Below are positions 9,345 to 19,106 of a stretch of 64,000 nt of DNA, in pieces. Where the stretch lies: IMG/VR virus record IMGVR_UViG_3300044878_000051, positions 1 to 64,000 of that record; one strand, written 5' to 3'. This stretch comes from a virus. A program made the position numbers and the translations under genes. Below the pieces are notes generated by a model that saw only the letters and a list, made by a program, of their open reading frames with translations, was not told where the DNA came from and did no database searches. The stretch's first letter is position 1, and each line of letters begins with the position of its first letter.

Positions 9345-9914
9345 TTACACGAACTTACCGGCGAGCGCTCTGACGTCAATAGTGGCGTCAGCTTTGGACC
9401 GTTTATCGCGCACTTCACCAAACATAATGTAAAGCGAAACTACGAGATCATTCAGCCCACCAGGACGGGAAACCCACGCTGACACAACAGAGGTATCCGA
9501 AGATCCAACCGCTTTCAGGAAGTCGTGGATGTCTTTGCTCGAGCCGCGATCACGATAATCGTTGTTCGGAGAGTGGTTCTCCAGAAGCAGCGCTAACCAG
9601 TTCTGGACAGATACCCGGCGCCGACCCGTTTGGATAAAGCGCAGTGTGTCGATCAGAAACTCATAGTTATATCCGTACAAAAACGGATTGTTCTTTTGAG
9701 TCGTGATAAACTGCGGGAAATTGTTGAAGCAGTTCATTGCTACTTGGAGCACGCGCTTCTGGTAAGCCCAACCGTTGTGGTTGACCTGACGCTGCATCAT
9801 CTGGTCGTAGAGAGCGGTGATGTCACCGCTGCCCGTTACACGAATGATGTCGCTGCGTGGGGAAGGAGCAATGAATCCACGGGGATACAGATCACCGAAG
9901 ACTCGACTAATCAT
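9345..9914 (-). CDS. Probable virion protein (phiKZ gp91-like)
   Basis: ORF coupled to upstream gene; synteny. Confidence 0.55.
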   Translation of the reverse strand: MISRVFGDLYPRGFIAPSPRSDIIRVTGSGDITALYDQMMQRQVNHNGWAYQKRVLQVAMNCFNNFPQFITTQKNNPFLYGYNYEFLIDTLRFIQTGRRRVSVQNWLALLLENHSPNNDYRDRGSSKDIHDFLKAVGSSDTSVVSAWVSRPGGLNDLVVSLYIMFGEVRDKRSKADATIDVRALAGKFV

Positions 9915-10803
9915 TGTAGCCCTCCTCCATCTCCGCAATCTTCTTGTTCAGCTTCTGCACTCGACCCTCGGTGTAAGCGATCTCCTGCTCCAGCTTAGCG
10001 TCACCCTTGCCACCGTCCTTCAAAGCCAACAGACGGTATTCCAGAGCCCGCTTCTCTTCCACAGCGGCCTTGTAGCGGCTTACTTGCCACTCAGCGATCG
10101 ACATGCGGATGTAGTAGATCGGGTTCAGACGCACCGGGATGATGCCGAAGTGGAACGGGTCGGTCTTGGTAGTGCCGACAGTCGCTTCCACCGCAGGGAT
10201 GTCATCAGGAGCCACAACCATGTCTGGTACGGCACCGAACGAGCTTTGCATCTTCGAGGTGTTGATCGCCAGGATCGCCAAGCACTTGGCGTAGTTCTCC
10301 CGGTTGTCCCAGATCCAACGCTCTTCAGCTTTGGACATGGCTTTCGGCAGACGGAACGGCGAGTTATCGCTGTCCTGTTCTTCGCTGAGGCTCCACAGCA
10401 ACAGACGACGAGCGTAGCGGCTGGAGAAGCTGGCTACTTCGAGGTACTGGAGAATGTTGGCGCGCAGGAAGCTGATCGAAGACGAACCCACGTCTTTGGC
10501 GAAAGCACGGTCGATCATCTTACCCAGGACTTCGAGCTTCTCTTCCATGGTCGCCAGAACCATATAGCTGACGTTCAGGTAGTTACCCGACGCCTTCTCG
10601 ACGGTAGCGATCTTCAGGAAGTTCTTGTCGTAGTTCAGGGCCTGTTTGCTTTTCAGCTTACCGACACGATAGAACTCGGAAGCTTCTCGCAATGGCGGCA
10701 ACGTGATCTCTTTGATCTCGTTACGAACCACTTGGAGTTCCTCAGTCAAACGACCTTTCTCGAAAGTCGGCAACATGAGGGAGATGAATTTTTGCAACTT
10801 CAT
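9907..10803 (-). CDS. Head/inner-body protein (phiKZ gp90-like)
   Basis: 298 aa, C-terminal coiled coil; synteny. Confidence 0.65.
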   Translation of the reverse strand: MKLQKFISLMLPTFEKGRLTEELQVVRNEIKEITLPPLREASEFYRVGKLKSKQALNYDKNFLKIATVEKASGNYLNVSYMVLATMEEKLEVLGKMIDRAFAKDVGSSSISFLRANILQYLEVASFSSRYARRLLLWSLSEEQDSDNSPFRLPKAMSKAEERWIWDNRENYAKCLAILAINTSKMQSSFGAVPDMVVAPDDIPAVEATVGTTKTDPFHFGIIPVRLNPIYYIRMSIAEWQVSRYKAAVEEKRALEYRLLALKDGGKGDAKLEQEIAYTEGRVQKLNKKIAEMEEGYND

Positions 10804-10818
10804 AGCACACCCCTGGGG

Positions 10819-11952
10819 TTAGATAGACGGGCTGTTGCCCAGTTGGTAGGCCTTGAGGATCTCGGCTACGTCTGGACCCTTGCCTTTGTTAGACACGGCC
10901 AGCTCTTTCACGCTGAGTTCAGTCGGGGCAGACAGGCTACGATGGTAGAACGTCACCACTTCCCAGTCAGGGTCAATGACGCACATGATCATGCAGTAGG
11001 TTTCTTTGAAGATCTTCTCGCGAGTGCGGAAGTCCTTCAGACGACCACCGACGGTACGCTCCAGTTCTTTCGCGCTGGTGGCGGACATAACGATGATGTT
11101 CGACGCCGTAGCGACCGAAGGCTGACCGGAGAAGATGGCAGCAACGCTGTTGCCTTTACGACGGTTGCGGATCTCTTCGTACAGACCGGTGGGGTCTTTG
11201 GCCAGGGTTTTCTTGTGTGCGTCGATCAAGTCTTGACACAGCAGGAGGTCACGAACGAATTCCAGTTGACCAGCACGCCAAGCATGGAAGCGCTCCTTGA
11301 CGGAGATGTTCTTGCTGCCCACGCTTAAGATATGAATCAACTCTTTGGAGCCAATGCCGCTGCAAATGAGACGAACATTGACTGGGAAGGTCGCACGGTT
11401 GGCACCAGACTCGATTTGAACCTCGAGCATTTTGCCGACCGACAGGTTGGTCAATTCACCGAGTAGCTTGACGGTGTCACGACCAGTCGTCAACGTGGTC
11501 ATCGGGTGATCATTGTCGGCGACCAAGACGCTTTCCAGACTGGCATTCAGGGAACCGAGACCATCAGAACGACCCGGCACAGGCAGACGGTAGCGATACG
11601 CATCAGCCGATTCCATGGTTACGACAGAGGCCACCCCGTCCGACACGCCGTTGATTACGTTGTCCGCAACGTTACGTTTTGGGTTGAGTTTGTCGAGCAG
11701 ACGAATCACGTCGACCGAACCCACGTTTACCGACAGCGCGATGGCTTGCAGGTAGTAGCCGCTGAACAGCGAAGTCAGCGATTGCATGACGTCACCGGCA
11801 TACGGCAGACTGGCGCACTTCTCGTCCATCAGAACAATGGGTTCGACACGAGTCGGTTGGGTGTACTCGATCAACGAGCCGGACTTCGCAGCCCGCATCG
11901 TATCCGTCAGTTTGCTGGCCATATTAAGGCCAGTCACAATGTCATTCATCAT
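10819..11952 (-). CDS. Head/inner-body protein (phiKZ gp89-like)
   Basis: 377 aa, internal TME/SLE processing-like sites; synteny. Confidence 0.65.
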   Translation of the reverse strand: MMNDIVTGLNMASKLTDTMRAAKSGSLIEYTQPTRVEPIVLMDEKCASLPYAGDVMQSLTSLFSGYYLQAIALSVNVGSVDVIRLLDKLNPKRNVADNVINGVSDGVASVVTMESADAYRYRLPVPGRSDGLGSLNASLESVLVADNDHPMTTLTTGRDTVKLLGELTNLSVGKMLEVQIESGANRATFPVNVRLICSGIGSKELIHILSVGSKNISVKERFHAWRAGQLEFVRDLLLCQDLIDAHKKTLAKDPTGLYEEIRNRRKGNSVAAIFSGQPSVATASNIIVMSATSAKELERTVGGRLKDFRTREKIFKETYCMIMCVIDPDWEVVTFYHRSLSAPTELSVKELAVSNKGKGPDVAEILKAYQLGNSPSI

Positions 11953-11978
11953 TTCTGATAATCCCTCGAAGGTGACTT

Positions 11979-13100
11979 ATGGCTAAAACTATCAAAGACG
12001 TGTTAAGCGTCATTCAAAAATCAGGTGGGTTTGGCGCGCTGGACCAAGCTGCAATCAACAATCTGAAGGGCATCAACCACCGAGGTTACGGAAGTCCGCT
12101 ACCGGGCAACAAAGATAACTACGGCCTGACGTTCTTTACACGCCCTAACCTGAACTTGTCATACGATAATATCGCAAGTCGCCGTATTCTCACGCCGTTG
12201 CTCGACGGTGATGGCTTAGCATCCAACACTTATCAGCGAGCAATTCGCATGACACTTGATCCGTATCTCGGAGACCCGGCGATGTACAAAACCGGTGACC
12301 CCAATCGGGCACTCAAGATGTTGACGACAGACCTGATTGACCAGAAGAATGCCTTCATCCCTCTGTTGACGAACAACCTACTTTCGATCAGTGGTTGGCC
12401 AGACTTGCAGGTTGAAACCTACTCCTCTACTCCGGGTAACTACCAAGAGTCGTGGTCAATGGTTGACAGCTCTTCACGCTTCTTCGAGACGTACGAACTA
12501 CAGGCCAACTTCAGGAACATTGAAGGTGATCCGATCTCCGCGATGTTCTCTGCTTGGTTACACTATATGTCAGGGGTTTATGAGGGATCTATGGTTCCTT
12601 ACCCGAACAATCTGGCTGAGCGGCGCATTGATTACCAGACACGGATCTACCGTCTCGTACTCGATCCATCCCGTCGTTACGTTCAGAAGATTGCGGCCTG
12701 TGGTGCAGCCTTTCCATTGAACTCTCCGTTGGGCAACTCGTTCAACTATTCGGCGGAAGGTTTGCCGTATAACCAAGACAACGATCAGATCTCGATTCGC
12801 TTTAAAGCGATTGGTGCTGATTACTTGGACCCGATCACCATTCAAGAGTTCAACGTCGTGGTGCAGATCTTCAACCCTGAGATGAAAGGGGATGACTCTG
12901 ACCGTAGTCGGACGTATCGCAAAGCTGCGTACGAAGAACTCAAGTCGTACAACTACCAAGGCTATCCTCGCATTGACCCCGAGTCACATGAACTCGAGTG
13001 GTGGATCGACAAGAACCAAGGTGACCAAACTGCCGCTGGCGTGAAGTCAGCCGCGAGCAGTATCGACTTCTCTCAAATGACCGCCCTAATGAAAGGTTAA
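11979..13100 (+). CDS. Virion structural protein (phiKZ gp88-like)
   Basis: 373 aa, GLTFFTRP motif, divergent orientation; synteny. Confidence 0.65.
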   Translation: MAKTIKDVLSVIQKSGGFGALDQAAINNLKGINHRGYGSPLPGNKDNYGLTFFTRPNLNLSYDNIASRRILTPLLDGDGLASNTYQRAIRMTLDPYLGDPAMYKTGDPNRALKMLTTDLIDQKNAFIPLLTNNLLSISGWPDLQVETYSSTPGNYQESWSMVDSSSRFFETYELQANFRNIEGDPISAMFSAWLHYMSGVYEGSMVPYPNNLAERRIDYQTRIYRLVLDPSRRYVQKIAACGAAFPLNSPLGNSFNYSAEGLPYNQDNDQISIRFKAIGADYLDPITIQEFNVVVQIFNPEMKGDDSDRSRTYRKAAYEELKSYNYQGYPRIDPESHELEWWIDKNQGDQTAAGVKSAASSIDFSQMTALMKG

Positions 13101-13103
13101 CCC

Positions 13104-16022
13104 ATGGCCACCACCTCAGTTTCAGACTTGATGGCACAGATTGACGCCGTCCGCTTCAACCCTTCAGCTATCCATCAGCTCTCGCTGAAGTTGCTGGAGG
13201 AAGTCCGTAATGGAGAACGTGTGGTTGTTGACCCGACTAACCCGTTCATGTTCCTCTTGGAATCCAGTGCCGTAAACGCCGCTGCTGCAATGGCCGCTAA
13301 CGAAGCCAACACCCGGAAACAATACGGGGTGATGGCACTGACGGAAGACGAGATCTACCACCACATGTCCGACAAGGACTACCTCGATCGGTTTGCTAAA
13401 CCTTCCCGGACGACTATTACGATTCTGATGAGTCGTGAAGAGATCATGGCCCGTGCGGTTCCAACCGGTCAAGGCGGGATGCGTAAGCTGGTGATCCCTC
13501 GTCACAGTGAGTTTACTGTGGCGGGTTACCAATTCACCATGCAGTACCCGATTGAACTGCGAGTGATGGCGAACGGCGGTTTGCAGATCATCCATGACGT
13601 GTCGCGTCAGTCTCCTTTAATGAGCCTGTCGTCTAACGTGGTGGACTACTCGCTGGCCAACATTGATGGCACGATCTACTTGATGATCAAGGCTCCGGTC
13701 TTGCAGATGAAGATCGACGTCAAGTATCCGAAGATGACCTCGGCGGCTGTGTTCGATACTCGTTATGACTTCAACAACAAGTATCACTTTGCCCGTGTCT
13801 ACCAAGCGAATGCGAACGGGGACTGGGTGGAGATGCGCACTACCCACTCAGACCAAGTGTTCGACCCCATGACACCCACGGCGGTACTGCGGGTTTACGA
13901 CGGTAAGCTGCGGGTCAGTATCCCACTGATCTACCAGACGGCTGGTTTGGTGGACTCTGAACTGCGGGTGGAGATCTATTCCACAGTCGGTCCGTTGAAC
14001 CTGATCCTGAACAACTACGAACCCGGTGCGTATACCGCCCGCTGGCTCGATTACGACGGCGATGACAAAGGTCTGTACTCTGCCCCTCTGGCGCAGTTGA
14101 ACGCGATCTCTGTGTTCTCTGACTCGGTCGTAGTGGGTGGTGAAGAAGCCCTGTCGTTTGATGCTTTGCGTGAACGGGTGCTGATGAACAGTCTGGGGGC
14201 TCAACAGCTTCCAATCACCAATGCTCAAGCAACTTCGAAGTTGGCGAACCTGGGTTACAACCTGACCGTCAACTTGGATACCGTGACCAACCGTCAGTTC
14301 TTGGCGACACGTATCCTGCCTCCACCTACCGATAAGTCTGTGGTCTCTGGTGTGGCTTCGACGGTGGCGACGTATCAGGCTTCGTTTGACAGTCTCAAGC
14401 AACACCCTGACATCCGCGACAACGGTCAACGCCTGACGATCACACCTAAGGTACTCTTCAAGGGCGATAACGGTCTGTATCACGTTGTAGCGCGTCCTAC
14501 AGTGGATGCTATCCTAGCCTTGCGTGGTACGGATGCATTCCTCTCCACCATCGAAGAATCGAAGTACTTGGCGTCACCGTTCTACTACGTGTGGGACATC
14601 AATGACGACCTGTTCGATTGCCGGATGTATCACCTCGACTCACCGGTGATCGACTCCAAAGTGTTCGTGCAAGAGAACGACACGACTGGGTTGGTTGTCT
14701 CAACGGCGATGCAAGGCTTGGAGAAAACCGATGACGGCTACCGTCTGGTGATCAAGACCAAGTCCAGCGAAGAATGGAAAGCTCTGCGGGACAACCAAGT
14801 CTTCGTACAGCTCGCCTTCCAAGCCCAAGGTGAGAGTACGCGCGCTTACATCAACGGTACGCTGATCGGGCGGGACGTGGATACTCAGGAACGGATCTAC
14901 GAGTTCTTGATCCATACCAACTACGACGTCAACGTGACGGACGGTCTGGTCATCACCAACTTCAACATCTTTGGTGTGAATCAGAACTGCCCGATTGCTC
15001 TGTCAGCCACCTTCGATCTGATCTACTGCGTGTCGGACTACGCGTTCCTCGACATGAAGGAATCGGACATCGACCGCATCGCTGGCGCTGCGCTGTTGCC
15101 GGACGATTACGTGGGGATGATTCACGAGCAGTTGAACATTCACTTGGGTCACACCCTGTCGAACTTCTGGTTGAACAACCGGTCGGTCGTAGGGACGGCT
15201 GAGTACCTAGTGCACCCGGTGGACGTGTACGCAACCTATCTCGAGAACGTCTACGAACGTGATCCTACGACCAACGTCATTAAGGTGTCGATGGTTAACG
15301 GCAATGCGGTCTTCAACATCCTACATCACGCTGGGGACTTCATTCTGGACGTGCAGGGCAACAAGACCTACAAACACCGTCAAGGTGAGGTAGTTCTAGA
15401 CAACAACGGGAAACCGGTGATTGCTAACCCTCGGGGGATGTTGCGTCAGACGGATCTGTTCTTGATGGACGGTCTGTATTACTTCGCTAACGATCCTGTG
15501 GCCAAGGCGTACGCTGCGTCTGTTCCAAACACGATTGTCGACTGGATGGAGGAAGACATTGCGCCGATCTCCGAAAACCTGCTCGAACAGTCTGAGTTGT
15601 TCTTCCATCCACAGATCACCACCGGTAACACGGATGCTCTGGTGCTGGAAGGTTACGAGATCGAACTGGAAACCGAACAAGCCCTGACTGTGAAGTACTA
15701 CATGACGGACGCCGGTTACAAGAACGCCGAGCTGCGTACCAGCTTGACGGCCACGGCTATTGAAGTCATCAACAATGCCTTTGCTAGCTCTTCTGTGGTG
15801 GTTAAGGACATTGCTGCGAAGATCCAGTTGGCTGCCGGTGATGACGTTATCACTGTAGCTGTACAAGGTCTGGGTGGTGGCGTACCGGGCTTCGACATCG
15901 TGACACTCACGAATCAATCTGCTCGACTGGGGGTCAAGAAGAAACTCTTGCAACTGGCCGATGGATCGTACACCGTGGTTGACGACGTTGAAGTGCTGTT
16001 CCTGAAGCACCGCGAAAGCTGA
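13104..16022 (+). CDS. Large virion structural protein (phiKZ gp87-like, possible baseplate wedge)
   Basis: 972 aa; DPTNPF..LLE N-terminus; synteny. Confidence 0.65.
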   Translation: MATTSVSDLMAQIDAVRFNPSAIHQLSLKLLEEVRNGERVVVDPTNPFMFLLESSAVNAAAAMAANEANTRKQYGVMALTEDEIYHHMSDKDYLDRFAKPSRTTITILMSREEIMARAVPTGQGGMRKLVIPRHSEFTVAGYQFTMQYPIELRVMANGGLQIIHDVSRQSPLMSLSSNVVDYSLANIDGTIYLMIKAPVLQMKIDVKYPKMTSAAVFDTRYDFNNKYHFARVYQANANGDWVEMRTTHSDQVFDPMTPTAVLRVYDGKLRVSIPLIYQTAGLVDSELRVEIYSTVGPLNLILNNYEPGAYTARWLDYDGDDKGLYSAPLAQLNAISVFSDSVVVGGEEALSFDALRERVLMNSLGAQQLPITNAQATSKLANLGYNLTVNLDTVTNRQFLATRILPPPTDKSVVSGVASTVATYQASFDSLKQHPDIRDNGQRLTITPKVLFKGDNGLYHVVARPTVDAILALRGTDAFLSTIEESKYLASPFYYVWDINDDLFDCRMYHLDSPVIDSKVFVQENDTTGLVVSTAMQGLEKTDDGYRLVIKTKSSEEWKALRDNQVFVQLAFQAQGESTRAYINGTLIGRDVDTQERIYEFLIHTNYDVNVTDGLVITNFNIFGVNQNCPIALSATFDLIYCVSDYAFLDMKESDIDRIAGAALLPDDYVGMIHEQLNIHLGHTLSNFWLNNRSVVGTAEYLVHPVDVYATYLENVYERDPTTNVIKVSMVNGNAVFNILHHAGDFILDVQGNKTYKHRQGEVVLDNNGKPVIANPRGMLRQTDLFLMDGLYYFANDPVAKAYAASVPNTIVDWMEEDIAPISENLLEQSELFFHPQITTGNTDALVLEGYEIELETEQALTVKYYMTDAGYKNAELRTSLTATAIEVINNAFASSSVVVKDIAAKIQLAAGDDVITVAVQGLGGGVPGFDIVTLTNQSARLGVKKKLLQLADGSYTVVDDVEVLFLKHRES

Positions 16023-16064
16023 CGGCATAGAGAGGCTCCCGCAAAGGAGCCTCTCTTTATGCCC
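16022..16064. terminator. Bidirectional terminator with TATGCC tails on both strands
   Basis: GGCAT-AGAGAGGCTCC/GGAGCCTCTCT-TTATGCC. Confidence 0.9.
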
Positions 16065-17297
16065 TTACTTCTTGTTCAGCTCACGGAGTTTGTTCTTAAC
16101 TTCAGAGTCGTCAGAACTTACAATCGTGGCAACCATCGCCGAATTGGTTGTGCCTGCTGCACGGTTGGCCAATTCAACAATCTTGTTACGCTGAGCAATG
16201 ATGCGACCGGACAGACCGTAGAACATCCGTACGACGTCCAACATTTTACGCATGGAGGTGAGGCAACTACGCAGAGCGCGGTCGACGTCAACCCCAACGT
16301 TCTTGTTGAAGGTCAAGCCGTTCAGACGTTTGATTTCCTTATCAAGGTCGTCCAAGTGGCCTTCTGGTTTAAGCTTACCCAGTGGGCAAGTCTCAGTGTT
16401 GAACTCGGCGATGGTCTTCACGGTCTTGTCGCCGTTGAAACCAGCAGTCGCCGCTTGACCCAACTGATTGACGATGTGGTCATTGACCTCACGCATGTCA
16501 GCTTGGTAGTCCACTGGATTACTGCTCGCCCGAAGGATCGGAACGAACAGACCACGGATCGCTGTATCGTCATCATGGATTTGGATGCCATTGATGGTCG
16601 TCATGACACGAGCGGCAGCCATATGGTCACCGGAGTTGTCTTTCTTACCTTCACTCTCGATCACCTTTGCCATCAACTTCATCTTCTTGATGATGTCGGC
16701 GAAGGTTTTCTCTGCACCGCCGATAGTACGAGTGATTGCACCACCGTCCATGACGTCACGCAGAATTGGATTCCACATCTCGGCCATTTCTTTGTAGATC
16801 GGCTCTACGCGCTCAGACTTACGAACATCGAAGTCCCGCTGCATTTCTGGAGTCAGGAGCTTCGCGATCTGATCGTTACGCTTCACCGTTTCCTTCAGTG
16901 TAGCGCCAGCCTTGATAGCCGAGTCAGTAGCCTTGTCCCCTCCTTTAAAGAGGGAGATCAACCAACTGATGATCTTGGCGAACAGGAGTGCAGCAGCCGC
17001 CACCGCAGCACTGATCAGAGCCACTGCACCGACTTTCATCGACTCCATGGCAATCTGGTAGTTGGTGTGGGTTGGGTTCTTGGTGAACGAGTTGAGCTTC
17101 ACGTCAGCCGGCAGCAAGTGCATGGCTGGGCGAATCATCTTCTGCGAAACACCATTGACCGTACGCATGTCGTTGATAACCATCTCGATGTCGAGAGCTA
17201 CCGATTCCAATGAGGCAATCGTTTCTTCTTCATCGAGCGTGTCTGGGGCGTCGGGGAACCCCTTAGAAGTATCTCCGAAAGTCATGGCGAACTCCAT
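16065..17297 (-). CDS. Head protein with propeptide and hydrophobic segment (phiKZ gp86-like)
   Basis: SLE/AME sites followed by a TM-like stretch. Confidence 0.6.
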   Translation of the reverse strand: MEFAMTFGDTSKGFPDAPDTLDEEETIASLESVALDIEMVINDMRTVNGVSQKMIRPAMHLLPADVKLNSFTKNPTHTNYQIAMESMKVGAVALISAAVAAAALLFAKIISWLISLFKGGDKATDSAIKAGATLKETVKRNDQIAKLLTPEMQRDFDVRKSERVEPIYKEMAEMWNPILRDVMDGGAITRTIGGAEKTFADIIKKMKLMAKVIESEGKKDNSGDHMAAARVMTTINGIQIHDDDTAIRGLFVPILRASSNPVDYQADMREVNDHIVNQLGQAATAGFNGDKTVKTIAEFNTETCPLGKLKPEGHLDDLDKEIKRLNGLTFNKNVGVDVDRALRSCLTSMRKMLDVVRMFYGLSGRIIAQRNKIVELANRAAGTTNSAMVATIVSSDDSEVKNKLRELNKK

Positions 17298-17743
17298 TAG
17301 AACACGCTGTTGGCTTTGAACGCATCAACGAGGTCTTGGTTTTCGTACACGACTTTGTACTGCTGGGCGAGTTGACACGACGCAGGGTCAGTGATCTCGC
17401 CACACAGGACCAGGTTCTTCAGCAGGCTGGAGACCGCTGGGTGAGTCGGTTCGTGCACCAGACGGTAACGAGCGATCCACAGTTTGAAGACCAACTCTTC
17501 GACCACGTCCATTTCGATAACGTGTTCTTCGTTGATGGTGTTCAGTGCAGTACCGATGTTGGCACGCAGGGTATTGCGGTACCAGCTTTCTGGGGCATCC
17601 AGACGACTGGTAGGCAACGGCAACTGAGTAGCCAGAGCGTCAGCTACCATCAGGCTGGTAACTTTGCTGCGGTCAGCAAACTGCACCTTACCCCAGTCCA
17701 GTTGGTTCTGGATGACGGTAGCGATGGGTTTAATGTCAAGCAT
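17297..17743 (-). CDS. Probable virion protein (phiKZ gp85-like)
   Basis: 148 aa coupled ORF; synteny. Confidence 0.55.
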   Translation of the reverse strand: MLDIKPIATVIQNQLDWGKVQFADRSKVTSLMVADALATQLPLPTSRLDAPESWYRNTLRANIGTALNTINEEHVIEMDVVEELVFKLWIARYRLVHEPTHPAVSSLLKNLVLCGEITDPASCQLAQQYKVVYENQDLVDAFKANSVF

Positions 17744-17755
17744 GGGTGGCCCCTA

Positions 17756-19021
17756 TTAAAATTTGAGGTTGGTGAGTTTTTCAGCGGTCACGAACAGTTG
17801 GTTGTTCACCATCTTCTCGAGTTCAACTTGGAACTGGAGTTGCTGGTACTGACGACGACCACCTGGCAGAACGGAGGTGTAGAACATCTCCATCAGCGTG
17901 CGTTTGTCGTCAATGTTCTTGAGCAGCGCGTCGATCGCTTCGATGTCGTCGACCCAAGCCTTACGTTGCTGAGCTGGGACAGACTGATCTTTGAGACCAG
18001 CAACCAACTCACGCTTCATACGGGCCAGACGAGCACCCGGTTCATCGTAGAGCTTCATGGCTGGGTTGATCAGCAACACGAGGAAGATCAGGCCGAAGGT
18101 TGGCAGGATCAGTGCGAAGAACAACAGAACGCGAATCAACGTGGCGAACAGGTGAACTGTGGTCGATTGATACGAAGGGCTACCACCGTAGTGACGATGG
18201 ATACGATCCAGACCAGTAGCGAGGTAGCGACCAGCACCTTGACGAATGGCGTATTGATCCGCCAGCGCTTCAGTAGCCGTGATGTCGTACACAGCCGACC
18301 CGGTGGCCGACTTGGCGTTCAGGATAGCCTTACGCAGCACGACAGTTTGAAATACTTCCTTACTGGTGCAACGAACCAAGGCTTCTGGGTCTTCGAGGTC
18401 GATGTCCAACGCTTTGCACGTTTCGTCCACGATCTGCGTCCGTTTGATCAGGTCGTCAGACTTGAAGAACGCTTGGGTGGCGGCGTGCAGAATTACGTTG
18501 GTCGTTAAGGTATGACCGAGGAACTCGTAATACGTGAACAGGTGACCGATTTCGTGGAGCATGATCGCTGCACGTTCTTCGTCCGACATCAGCTTGGTGT
18601 CAACCAGGCCACGGTGAACGTAGACTTGGTGCTCGATTTCAGCGAAGACCCCACCGACCTTACCGTGCTGGAGATCTACCCAGCCTTTAATAATGTCGCT
18701 GCGCTTGGTCTTGATGAATTTCTTCACATCGTCGTTTTCGATGTGCGGCTTCCACCAGTCGTAGATCAACGGGTTGTTCTTGTCCACCATCGGCGGAATG
18801 ACGTAAGCGTTGATGTCACTGGACTTGTCGAGGTTGAATTTGATCTTCAAGCCAGTGTGGCGCTTAACGATGTCTTCAAACCCAACCCCGGCGACAGCCT
18901 TCGGATCATTGCTGGAAAGGCCACGCAACCGTGCGAAGGCTAAGACCAGATCCTTGAAGAACATCTCGTTTTGTACTTGAATGGCCTCGAGGCCAATGGA
19001 TAGTCGTTTACTGGATAACAT
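17756..19021 (-). CDS. Virion protein with M48-like zinc metallopeptidase motifs (phiKZ gp84-like)
   Basis: HEIGH, downstream EALAD, TM hairpin, N-terminal GLE site. Confidence 0.7.
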   Translation of the reverse strand: MLSSKRLSIGLEAIQVQNEMFFKDLVLAFARLRGLSSNDPKAVAGVGFEDIVKRHTGLKIKFNLDKSSDINAYVIPPMVDKNNPLIYDWWKPHIENDDVKKFIKTKRSDIIKGWVDLQHGKVGGVFAEIEHQVYVHRGLVDTKLMSDEERAAIMLHEIGHLFTYYEFLGHTLTTNVILHAATQAFFKSDDLIKRTQIVDETCKALDIDLEDPEALVRCTSKEVFQTVVLRKAILNAKSATGSAVYDITATEALADQYAIRQGAGRYLATGLDRIHRHYGGSPSYQSTTVHLFATLIRVLLFFALILPTFGLIFLVLLINPAMKLYDEPGARLARMKRELVAGLKDQSVPAQQRKAWVDDIEAIDALLKNIDDKRTLMEMFYTSVLPGGRRQYQQLQFQVELEKMVNNQLFVTAEKLTNLKF

Positions 19022-19106
19022 GTCAGCTCCATGGGCGGCGGTTGGGCTGTTAAAAAAGATGACTCATAATGATAGTATGGGCTAAACCGGACTAAAGGAA
19101 ATCACG

